Under the pieces are notes generated by a model. It searched no databases, was not told the DNA's origin, and saw only the letters and a program-made list of their open reading frames with translations. From Myxococcota bacterium (GTDB lineage Bacteria > Myxococcota_A > UBA9160 > SMWR01), in the NCBI GenBank assembly GCA_030749415.1, contig JASMKC010000023.1:2833-66832 (forward strand): DNA of 64,000 nucleotides, written 5' to 3'. Below are positions 10,077 to 17,866 of this stretch, piece after piece. Every line of letters starts with the position of its first letter. The first letter of the stretch is position 1. The position numbers were made by a program, and so were the translations under genes.

Positions 10077-10344
10077 GGAGCATCGGAAGTTCAAGCTGCG
10101 TTTTCGCAGTGTCCGATCAGTAGAGATTCCGTCCAATGGGGAGCGTGGAGGGGATCCGGCCCCAACACGGGGCAGCTCGCGCTCGCAGCTCCCACGCGCG
10201 TTCGAAGTAGCAGAAGCCGCGAGTGAAACTGGAATCGGACGGAGTCTCTATCCGCAGTTGAAGTTCGACAAGAGCAGGTCGTCTCCGGCTGTCGTCGGCG
10301 TAAGCCTCGAAGATGAACGGACCGGCTGTCGCTGCCGTGCACCG
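10077..10344 (+). repeat. full-length composite copy of the interspersed element (5' module 10077-10171 plus 3' module 10172-10344)
   Basis: The 5' part matches six other copies (consensus gagCAtaGGAAGTTCAAGCTGCGTTTTCGCTGGGTCCGATCAGCAGACATTCTGTCCAATGGGGACCGGGGAGGGGATCCGGCCCCAACACGGGG). The 3' part matches 11938-12116. Confidence 0.85.
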
Positions 10345-10412
10345 GCTTCTGGAGCCTAATTGTTTCATTTCCTGTCATTCCTGAAGTCTGACTCCATACA
10401 AATGGTTCAAAA

Positions 10413-10865
10413 ATGTTACTGGCCTGTGACGCCGGTTGTACTTTTTCTGTAATCATGGATGAACGTATCGAAGTCGGTGGCTTCATGGAACCAACTTGCC
10501 GAAAGCTGTTCCGCCCGATCCTTTCTACTCTTCCGCTTGCTGTCTTCGTGCGCATGCCGCCGAACACTGGTGCCAGGTTCGTCCTGACGCAAGCCGCACA
10601 GCCCGACTCGAACCAGGCGGACTCCCAGTTCGGTGCTACAGCAGCGGGGGTCGGCGATCTCAATGGAGACGGATTCGAAGACTTCGTCGTCGGGGCGCCG
10701 TACTGCGACTCGGAGGAGGTGGATGAGGGTGCGGCCTTCGTCTACCTGGGGACCTGTCGGGCGCAAACGGTCCCGGCCGCGGGTCCCCTCGTGTGGGCGT
10801 TGCTCTCGGCCCTACTGGCCACCGCCGGCCTTCGGCGCGTCCGGACCCGCACGAGCCGCCCCTAG
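10413..10865 (+). CDS. small FG-GAP-repeat protein with a C-terminal sorting-signal-like tail (possibly a gene remnant)
   Basis: FG-GAP signature GDLNGDGFEDFVVGAP. The C-terminus VPAAGPLVWALLSALLATAGLRRVRTR is a motif, then a TM segment, then a basic cluster. Confidence 0.35.
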   Translation: MLLACDAGCTFSVIMDERIEVGGFMEPTCRKLFRPILSTLPLAVFVRMPPNTGARFVLTQAAQPDSNQADSQFGATAAGVGDLNGDGFEDFVVGAPYCDSEEVDEGAAFVYLGTCRAQTVPAAGPLVWALLSALLATAGLRRVRTRTSRP

Positions 10866-11215
10866 GGTCCAGCTGGTTCGGGCGGGTTCGAGGAAAGGGT
10901 GGGGCAGCCCTCGCCGGTGACAGTCGTGCGCCTGCGAACCGGGCTTGTCGTCGCAGCGCCGACCCTCCCGGCCCGGTTGTCGCGGAGTCACCGGCCGAGG
11001 GGCTCCCCGGCGACTCCTGAGCCGAAGCACACGCCGTGAACACTTCCCCCCTCCGACGTTGGCGCCCCAGGGCAATGCAGGGGAGCGACCGAAACCTGGA
11101 GGGGTGGCGCTGGGATACCTTCTGATGTGACGAGGTGTTCTGGTCCCGGCCGCAGGGCGCTGCCGGCAGTTGAGTTTCTGTGCGCCGGACAGCGTGATGC
11201 GAGTCTTGTGGTCCG

Positions 11216-11370
11216 ATGACGCTCCAATTCTGGTTCAAATTCGGGAGTACTTATTCCTACCCGGCTGCCGTGCGGATCAAAGCCCTCACAGTGGACCCAG
11301 GTGTGACCGTCGCCTGGTGGCCACTTCCTAGGCACGAGGCCGGTCTGGATTTTCAACCCACCGATTCGCC
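11216..11370 (+). pseudogene. N-terminal fragment of a DsbA-like 2-hydroxychromene-2-carboxylate isomerase
   Basis: MTLQFWFKFGSTYSYPAAVRIKAL...VAWWP resembles the N-terminus of the intact paralog at 59214-59816 (IRFYFSFRSPYAWIAAERI). The similarity is lost after about 50 aa. Confidence 0.4.
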
Positions 11371-11412
11371 CGTTTGGCGAGCCGTGGTCGACACCCTGAG
11401 CAGGAGATTCAA

Positions 11413-11997
11413 TTGGCGCAAAGATACAGTGAACTGATCGATGCACATATTCGTTTCATCGAAGCACAGAAGATCTTCTTTACCGGTTCGGCGGCCAGCG
11501 AAGGCAGGGTCAACGTCTCACCCAAGGGCCACGACAGCCTGAGCGTGCTGTCACCCAACCAGCTGGTGTGGCTCAATTTCACCGGCAGCGGTAACGAGAC
11601 CGCCGCGCATCTGCTCGACTGCAATCGCATGACGCTGATGTGGTGTGCTTTCGAGCGCAAGCCGCAGATCTTGCGAGTCTATGGCAGTGCAGAGGCCGTC
11701 CATCCCCGCGACGAGCGGTGGGAGGAATTCGCTGAGATCATTCCCGCTTCGCTGGGTGCCCGTCAGTACTTTCTGGTGAATATCGATCTGGTGCAGACTT
11801 CGTGCGGGTATGCGGTGCCGCTATTCGAATACCAGGAAGACCGTGACGTGTTGACGCGGTGGACGGACAAGCGCGGGCCGGACGGCATCCGGGAGTACTG
11901 GGAACAGGAGAACGCCACCAGCCTGGATGGTGCACCTACGGGGATTGTCGCGCTCGAAGCTCCCACGCACGTTCGAAGTAGCAGAAACCGCCAGTAA
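11413..11997 (+). CDS. pyridoxamine 5'-phosphate oxidase-family (FMN-binding split-barrel) protein
   Basis: TTG 11413 lies 6 nt after AGGAG (alternative TTG at 11374). Motifs: FFTGSAASEGRVNVSPKG, NFTGSGNETAAHL, DLVQTSCGYAVP. The last ~20 codons and the stop lie inside repeat copy B. Confidence 0.8.
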   Translation: MAQRYSELIDAHIRFIEAQKIFFTGSAASEGRVNVSPKGHDSLSVLSPNQLVWLNFTGSGNETAAHLLDCNRMTLMWCAFERKPQILRVYGSAEAVHPRDERWEEFAEIIPASLGARQYFLVNIDLVQTSCGYAVPLFEYQEDRDVLTRWTDKRGPDGIREYWEQENATSLDGAPTGIVALEAPTHVRSSRNRQ

Positions 11998-12116
11998 AAC
12001 CGGAATCGGACGGGGCCACTATCCGCTGTTGAAGTTCGGCAGGAGCAGGCCGTCTCCGGCTGTCGTCGGCGCGAGGCTCGAAGAGGAAGGACTGGCTGCC
12101 GCTGCCCGTGCACCGG
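11938..12116 (+). repeat. stand-alone copy of the 3' module of the interspersed element
   Basis: It aligns over its full length with 10166-10344. Conserved blocks: gctcccacgc, cgttcgaagtagcagaa, ggaatcggacgg, gttgaagttcg, cgtctccggctgtcgtcggcg, gtgcaccgg. Confidence 0.85.
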
Positions 12117-12288
12117 AAAGGGGGACGCCCCCCTCTCGACCACGGTGCGCTCCTCACCGCCCCTTCATCGCAACACGGTGCGCTCCTCACTCCGAGGCTC
12201 GGGTCTGTTTCTCATGCTGAGCTCTGGTTGGTTTCTCATTCCGAGCCCTGGTAGCACGAGGCCTTCTGGGTGCCGACGCGTTCGCGTT

Positions 12289-12924
12289 TCATTTCAGCCC
12301 AAGCGATGCCGCCCACGCCTCGAGTCCGTTCACTCGCTCGAGGTCGAGGTGGACGATCAGCTCGAGCTCTTCGTGGGGGCTCGCGATCAGCCCGAACGCG
12401 ATGGTCGGAACTTCCACCTCGAAGGCTTCGAACGTGGTCTCGAGATGCCCCTTCACGTACCGCCCCCCAGCCTGCTCGACCAGCTCGAGCGGGAAGTCGA
12501 TCGGATAGTCCCTGCCGCCGAGGGTCAGCGTTCCAGACAGCACGAAGTGCCCCCGGTCGACGTCTGCGCGGAGCGACTCGGCATCGAGCGGGCTCGACGT
12601 GAAGAGAAGATCCGGCTGGACCTTCGCACCCAGCAGGTCCGACACGGTCCTGTTCCGCATGATGTTGCCGGACTTGAAGCTCTTTGCCGGCACGGTTACC
12701 ACGATTCTCGGCTCGCTCCCCGCCGCTGTCTTCATCAACGAGGCCGTCACATCGCAGCTCCGGCCGATCACCTCGACGTCCATGCCGAAGAACATGTCCT
12801 TGGTGGTCCGGTAGGCGACGCAATGATCCTTTGCGCCGAAGACCTGCTCGTCCGACGCTGCGAGCGCGAGCGGGCCGAGAAGAGCGGCAACGATCACCGC
12901 GGCAGTAAGAGTGTAGCGATGCAT
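12289..12924 (-). CDS. secreted YceI-like protein (candidate)
   Basis: Signal peptide MHRYTLTAAVIVAALLGPLALAAS. SGTLTLGGRDYPIDFPLEL resembles the YceI GxLTLxG motif. Confidence 0.55.
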   Translation of the reverse strand: MHRYTLTAAVIVAALLGPLALAASDEQVFGAKDHCVAYRTTKDMFFGMDVEVIGRSCDVTASLMKTAAGSEPRIVVTVPAKSFKSGNIMRNRTVSDLLGAKVQPDLLFTSSPLDAESLRADVDRGHFVLSGTLTLGGRDYPIDFPLELVEQAGGRYVKGHLETTFEAFEVEVPTIAFGLIASPHEELELIVHLDLERVNGLEAWAASLGLK

Positions 12925-13072
12925 GGATCTCCAACCTTTGAAACGCTTCTTCCGAGGGCCCGGGCTTGCTTTGCAGGAGCGATTGATCTGCCCCGGTTGT
13001 CGTACCGGGTCCTATGTCACCCCAGCAGCGGCAGCCGGCCGGAGCGTATTGTACTCCCGCTGCCGCCGCAGC

Positions 13073-13177
13073 CCTCGGAATCCGTTCTCTCCGGCGCCGC
13101 CCTCTCCGGCAGCGGCCTCGGAATTCGCCCTCTCCGGCGGCGGCAGCCTCAGAATCCGCCCTCTCCGGCGGCGGCCG
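13073..13177. repeat. tandem repeat of about 31 bp, roughly 3 copies (core CCTCGGAATYCGCCCTCTCCGGCGGCGG)
   Basis: Units at 13073-13115 (with an internal partial duplication), 13116-13146 and 13147-13177. It lies 150-250 nt upstream of the yceI-like start. Confidence 0.8.
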
Positions 13178-13233
13178 CTTACCGGGTGCCGATGTGAGTC
13201 CGTCCGGGGGAGGCGGAGTGGCTGGCCCGCGTC

Positions 13234-14763
13234 TCAGCGTCCGTCGACGAGTTCCGCCAACGCGCGCGCTTCGAAGCGAGCGTAGAGCTTCGGCGCGAGT
13301 TCTCCCCAGCGCAGCGCGCCCTCGCTCTCGTCGGCCGCACCGAGCGCCTCGGTGAGCTCGCGCGCGTCGTCTGCGGCGAGGTGGTCGCCGAGGCCCAGCT
13401 CGAGGAACGACCGCTCGCGGCCCTTCACGCCGAACTTCAGCAGGTCGCCAAACGCCTGCATGAGCAGCAGTGTGTACGGTCCCTCCCAGGTCTCGAGGAT
13501 GGCGGCGTCGCGCCAGAGTCGGGGCAGGGCGCAGAAGCGTTCCTCGATGCCGTTGCCGCCGAAGACCATCATGGCTTCGTAGACGTGGTTGGGGACGCGC
13601 CGGGTCGTCACCGCCTTTGCGATGCTCACCAGTACCCGCGCCCAGAGCGCGCGGTCTTCGTCGTCTGGCCGGACGAGGCTATGCGTCCATGCATCGACCG
13701 TTGCGAAAGCGCCGGCCTCCGTGCGATCGGCACCGTCGGACAAGCGGCGCAACGATTCGCCCAGCAGGGGATGCTCGGCGATGCGGCGGCCGAAGGCCCG
13801 GCGGAAGCCCGCATAGGCATGCGCCTCACGAGTCGCACGTCGCGCAAAGCCCGCCGCAGCGACGATGTTGTGGATACGACTCGTGACGAGCACCGTCGCC
13901 ACCGTGTTCTTGAGTCCGCTGTCCACTGCGCCGACCGGCCACCCGATGGCACCCTCGAGATCGAGTTCGGCAGTGGGCAGCGCGCGGGTGCCGAGCTTGT
14001 CCTTCAGGCGCAGGATGCGGTGGCCGTTCGGCGCACCCTCCCAGAGCCGAGGCACGCAGAAAAGCCCGATACCCCGATGCCCCGCCGGCCCGCCGGCCAC
14101 GCGGCCGGTGACGAGCCAGTAGTCGGCGGTGCAGTTCGAGCAGAACCACTTCTGTCCCGAGAGCGCCCAGAGGCCGTCGCGCAGCGGCTCGGCTCGCAGG
14201 GCGTTGGTCGCCGCGTCGCTCCCGCCCTGGACCTCGGTGACGAACTGGGCGCCGTGCACCCACTGCTCGACGGTCGATTTCTCGAGCTCTTCGATAGCGA
14301 CGCGGCTGCGTGCATCGCTCGTGCCGTAGGTTCGCAGCGCCCGGATCAGCCCATCGGTGCAGGCCGTGCTGCACGCCGTGCCGGCCTCGCCGTTCTGGTT
14401 GATGAGGTAGACGGCGGCGTAGCGCGCGCGCTCGTCGAGCTCGGCCCTCCAGATACCCGATCCGTGGATCTCGGCGAGGCTCTGCCGGGTTGCGGCGGGC
14501 AGCACGACCTCGCTACTCGCACGGTTGTACGGGCCGCGTTCGGCCACGAACGGCAGGTTTTCCCGGTGCTCGACGGCGTCGGCGCGCTCGCGCAGCTGCC
14601 CGGCTGCCGCAGCGCCGAAGCCTCGCAGCCAGTCCGTCGTCGCGGTGTCGAGGCGTGAGCGATCGAGCCAGGCCCGGAGCAGGGCGTCTTGCTCGAACCA
14701 GTTGCCGCCGAGTTCGCTCAGGTAGTCGTCGAAGACGTAGCCGGTCGGGGAGGAGTGGTCCAT
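13234..14763 (-). CDS. acyl-CoA dehydrogenase family protein, AidB-like
   Basis: ATG 14763 (MDHSSPTGYVFDDY...). Motifs: KWFCSNCTADYWLV, ILETWEGPYTLLLMQA. Confidence 0.8.
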   Translation of the reverse strand: MDHSSPTGYVFDDYLSELGGNWFEQDALLRAWLDRSRLDTATTDWLRGFGAAAAGQLRERADAVEHRENLPFVAERGPYNRASSEVVLPAATRQSLAEIHGSGIWRAELDERARYAAVYLINQNGEAGTACSTACTDGLIRALRTYGTSDARSRVAIEELEKSTVEQWVHGAQFVTEVQGGSDAATNALRAEPLRDGLWALSGQKWFCSNCTADYWLVTGRVAGGPAGHRGIGLFCVPRLWEGAPNGHRILRLKDKLGTRALPTAELDLEGAIGWPVGAVDSGLKNTVATVLVTSRIHNIVAAAGFARRATREAHAYAGFRRAFGRRIAEHPLLGESLRRLSDGADRTEAGAFATVDAWTHSLVRPDDEDRALWARVLVSIAKAVTTRRVPNHVYEAMMVFGGNGIEERFCALPRLWRDAAILETWEGPYTLLLMQAFGDLLKFGVKGRERSFLELGLGDHLAADDARELTEALGAADESEGALRWGELAPKLYARFEARALAELVDGR

Positions 14764-15037
14764 TGTCGGCCTCTCGTGAGATACCGGACGCGGAAGGCGC
14801 GCCCGGTCGCACCACGGAGTGTCACGGGTCGCCATTCACCGTGCAAACGGGACGTATGGAGCACGTGCCTTCGTTGCGAAGCGGCTGTCGGCACGTGAGG
14901 CCAGCGCGGTCGGGCGCTGGTCCCGGGGCAATGAGGCGCCGCACCTCGCCTCGTCTTCCGCGTGGACGCCAAGCGGCCCCGGACGCAGATCGGCTCGCGG
15001 CGCGCCCGGACTGACTTCGATCGCGCCTGGTCGGACG

Positions 15038-15096
15038 GAGCATAGGAAGTCCGAGCTGCGTTTTCCCTGGGTCCGATCAACAGGGGGTGCGATTCC
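15038..15096 (+). repeat. truncated or divergent copy of the interspersed 5' module
   Basis: gagcataggaagtccgagctgcgttttccctgggtccgatca..., then diverges. Confidence 0.7.
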
Positions 15097-15102
15097 ACGC
15101 TC

Positions 15103-15516
15103 TCACCGTGTCAACAGCTCGACGAGCGCACAGAAGCGTGCCTCGGTGAGCGCGAGGAGCCAGCCCTCTATCTCGATCGTCCGTCCGGCCTCGAAATCTT
15201 CGCGCACTTGGATGCGCAGCTGCTCCGCCGCAGCGTCCGGATCGATTCCCCGCCACGCGCTCGAGGAGAAGAGTGCCGCCGAAAGCGCAGCCTCGCTGCG
15301 TTCTTCGGGAACCGCCGCGAGGTAGGCGGCACCGATCAGCCGCAACGCATCGGGGTCGGAGGCGATGCCCTTCAGCTCGAGAGCGAACTCCGCGTCCCCT
15401 GTTGCGCTGCCGACGGATTCCCGTCGCCCCAGCCACAACGCGATACCGCCTCCGGCGGCCACCACCCCCAATGCCATGAGGACCCCGCGGCGGGTGACCC
15501 CGCCCTCGGGTCTCAC
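15103..15516 (-). CDS. Tat-signal small subunit partnered with the GMC oxidoreductase (gluconate 2-dehydrogenase subunit-3-like)
   Basis: The GTG start overlaps the GMC stop (GTGA). Twin-arginine motif VTRRGVLMALGVVAAGGG. Confidence 0.65.
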   Translation of the reverse strand: MRPEGGVTRRGVLMALGVVAAGGGIALWLGRRESVGSATGDAEFALELKGIASDPDALRLIGAAYLAAVPEERSEAALSAALFSSSAWRGIDPDAAAEQLRIQVREDFEAGRTIEIEGWLLALTEARFCALVELLTR

Positions 15517-17006
15517 GAGAAGATCTCCGACTTCAGGTGGTCGGCGAGTCGAATCGCCAGTGCCACGATGGTGAGAGTCGGATTGACGAGGCCGGCGGTG
15601 GGGAAGACCGAGCTGCCCGCTACGTAGAGGTTCGAGACTCCGTGAACCCGCGCGTTCGCATCGACGACCCCTTGCCTGGGATCCTCGTGCATCCGCGTCG
15701 TGCCGATGTGGTGGGAGCTGAAGGACATGCGGGTCCATGGGCCATCCAGGGCGAGCTGGACCTTCACGCGCCCCCGCAGCGACCGCCCCAGCTCCGTTGC
15801 GAACACCTCGAGAGAGCGGATGGCAGCTTTGCGGTCGTTCTCGGTCAGGTCCCAGTGCAGACGCGTTCGCGGCATCCCCAGCGCATCCACTTCAGCGCTC
15901 AGCGAGATGCGGTTGCTCGGGTCGGGGAGCGGCTCGAGGTTGATGCTGAGCCCTCCGAAATACCGCGTCTTCTTGCCGGTCGCCGAGAAATCGCGCACGA
16001 CGGAGCCCACCGAGCGCATCAGCGGGCCGATTCCGGCCTCTCGAAGCGGCAGCAGGCCGAATCCGTTGTTGGGCAGACGGTGCTGCCTCTGGGTCGCATC
16101 GGAGAGCACGATCCGGCCCTGGGTGACGCGCCCCGTGAGCGCATCGCGGGCCGGCGGCCAGGTGTACAGCGCGACGTCTCCTGGCGCTGCGTCCAGTACG
16201 ACATGCGCGACGCCGGTCTGCCGATACCAATGATCCATGAAGAAGCGTCCCACCAGGTCTGCGGAATTTCCGATCCCATTCGGCTGGACTCGATTCGAGG
16301 CGAGCAGAAGGCGCGCATTCTCGATTCCACCCGCGGCGAGGACGTAGGTGCGTGCTGCGACGCGGAAGTGGTTTCCGGAGAGGGTCGCCACGCGCACCCA
16401 CTCGATGTGCTTCGAAGCGGGGTCGCTGCGCAGCTCCGTTGCGTTGCCGCGCAGGAAGACCTCGACGTTCGTCGCAGCTTTGAGCTCCGGGCCGTGAACG
16501 GGCCCGAAGCGTGTCGGCGGACTGTACTGTTTTACAATCGTTTTGATCTCGTTTCCCGGCCCGAAATCGAGCTGCCTGCGCGCGGCATCCGGCGGATCGA
16601 ATGGGCCGAGCTGGAGGATTGGCCGCGCGCGCTCGTAGTAGGGGTCGAGGTGCTCTCGATCGAACGGCCATCCGCTGTGGGGAATCCAGCTCCGCTGCTC
16701 GAAATCGATGGGTGCCAGTCGTCCGCACAGGCCCGCCCAGTGATTGGTCGTGCCGCCGAAGAAGCGCAGACGCGATGTCGAGAGGTAGTCGCTCTCGGCC
16801 GGGAGGTATCCCCCAGCCACGCTTCCCCGGTAGAGGGCCTGCGTGGCTGCGCTCGCCGCGATGTCGCCGCTCTCGATGAGGGCGACCTTCGCACCGCCGT
16901 TCGACAACTCGCACGCGAGAGTGATCCCCGCGGCGCCGCCACCGATGATGCAGACGTCCCGCTCGATCAGTTGGTTCTTCGCGACCTTCCGGGCGTCCCG
17001 AAACAT
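15513..17006 (-). CDS. GMC-family FAD oxidoreductase
   Basis: ATG 17006 follows GGAGG. Motifs: CIIGGGAAGITLACELS, HHIGTTRMHEDPRQGVVD, NLYVAGSSVFPTAG. Confidence 0.9.
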   Translation of the reverse strand: MFRDARKVAKNQLIERDVCIIGGGAAGITLACELSNGGAKVALIESGDIAASAATQALYRGSVAGGYLPAESDYLSTSRLRFFGGTTNHWAGLCGRLAPIDFEQRSWIPHSGWPFDREHLDPYYERARPILQLGPFDPPDAARRQLDFGPGNEIKTIVKQYSPPTRFGPVHGPELKAATNVEVFLRGNATELRSDPASKHIEWVRVATLSGNHFRVAARTYVLAAGGIENARLLLASNRVQPNGIGNSADLVGRFFMDHWYRQTGVAHVVLDAAPGDVALYTWPPARDALTGRVTQGRIVLSDATQRQHRLPNNGFGLLPLREAGIGPLMRSVGSVVRDFSATGKKTRYFGGLSINLEPLPDPSNRISLSAEVDALGMPRTRLHWDLTENDRKAAIRSLEVFATELGRSLRGRVKVQLALDGPWTRMSFSSHHIGTTRMHEDPRQGVVDANARVHGVSNLYVAGSSVFPTAGLVNPTLTIVALAIRLADHLKSEIFS

Positions 17007-17521
17007 CGTGCCTCCGCGGGCTTGCGTGCAGCGTAGCATTCGTTCCCCGGCGCCAGGCGGGGTGACGGCGGTCCGGGAACGACGCCAAGCCCGGTCAATT
17101 CGTCGGAAGAACCAGGCGCGAGACCGAATACGACGGGAATACGGGCGCCGTGGTGACGCACCGGAGCCTTCGAATTCGGGTGGGCCGCGCCTTGCTCGTA
17201 GCTCGCTCGAGCAAGCTGGAGCGCGCCGGCTTTTCAGAGCTGCGCTCCGCCAGGCTCATCCCGGGAAGTGTGATGTTTGGCATTGTGGCCCGAGCGACGG
17301 GCACGGCCGCCGGTTGACGCCCTCGGCCGGCCAAGTTCCGCCTCGATTCCAGCAAGCGGTGAAACGCGCGCAGATGGCGGAGCGGAGCGTTCGCCCGGAA
17401 GTGGTGCTCTAGAGGGAAGGGCGCGACGAAGAGCTTCTCCCGCCACCGGACGAGAACGCGCTGTGGTCGCGTGGGTGCTCACGGGGCACGTCGCCCCGAT
17501 CCGGTCGTGCGCCTGCGACTC

Positions 17522-17616
17522 GAGGCACAGGAAGCTCAGGCTGTGTTTTCGCTAGGTCCGCTAAGTAGAAATTCTGTCCCATGGAGACGGGGGAGGGGAC
17601 CTGGCTCCAAGACGGG
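17522..17616 (+). repeat. copy of the interspersed 5' module
   Basis: gaggcacaggaagctcaggctgtgttttcgctaggtccgctaagtagaaattctgtcccatggagacgggggaggggacctggctccaagacggg. Confidence 0.8.
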
Positions 17617-17621
17617 ACCAG

Positions 17622-17730
17622 GCACTTTTTGCCGGGTGCGTCCTCTCGGGTCACGACGCGGCGGCGCACACCGCACTTTTTGCCGGGTGCGTCCGCTCGG
17701 GTCACGACGCGGCGGTACACACCGCACTGT
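17622..17730. repeat. 51-bp tandem repeat, 2.1 copies
   Basis: Units at 17622-17672 and 17673-17723 differ at 2-3 positions. A partial third unit runs 17724-17730. The repeat starts 6 nt after the interspersed-element copy. Confidence 0.9.
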
Positions 17731-17866
17731 TCCCCAAGTGGGGCAGGTTTGGACACGGGTCGGCGGAAAATGACCGATTCCCAGATGCGGGCAGGTCAGC
17801 CGGGATGCGGACCTCTCGAACGGCCACGCGAGAAGGGCTACGCTGAGCCAGCCAGGAGGACCCAGT

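Noticed and set aside
13073-13177. Tandem repeats at 13073-13177 and 17622-17730 considered as CRISPR arrays
   Set aside because: The units are directly adjacent with no unique spacers. There are only 2-3 copies and no cas genes in the window.
15537-17036. 499-aa ORF antisense to the GMC oxidoreductase (also 15892-17088, minus strand, alternative frame)
   Set aside because: No recognisable motifs and an Arg/Pro-rich composition. The GMC frame explains the region fully.
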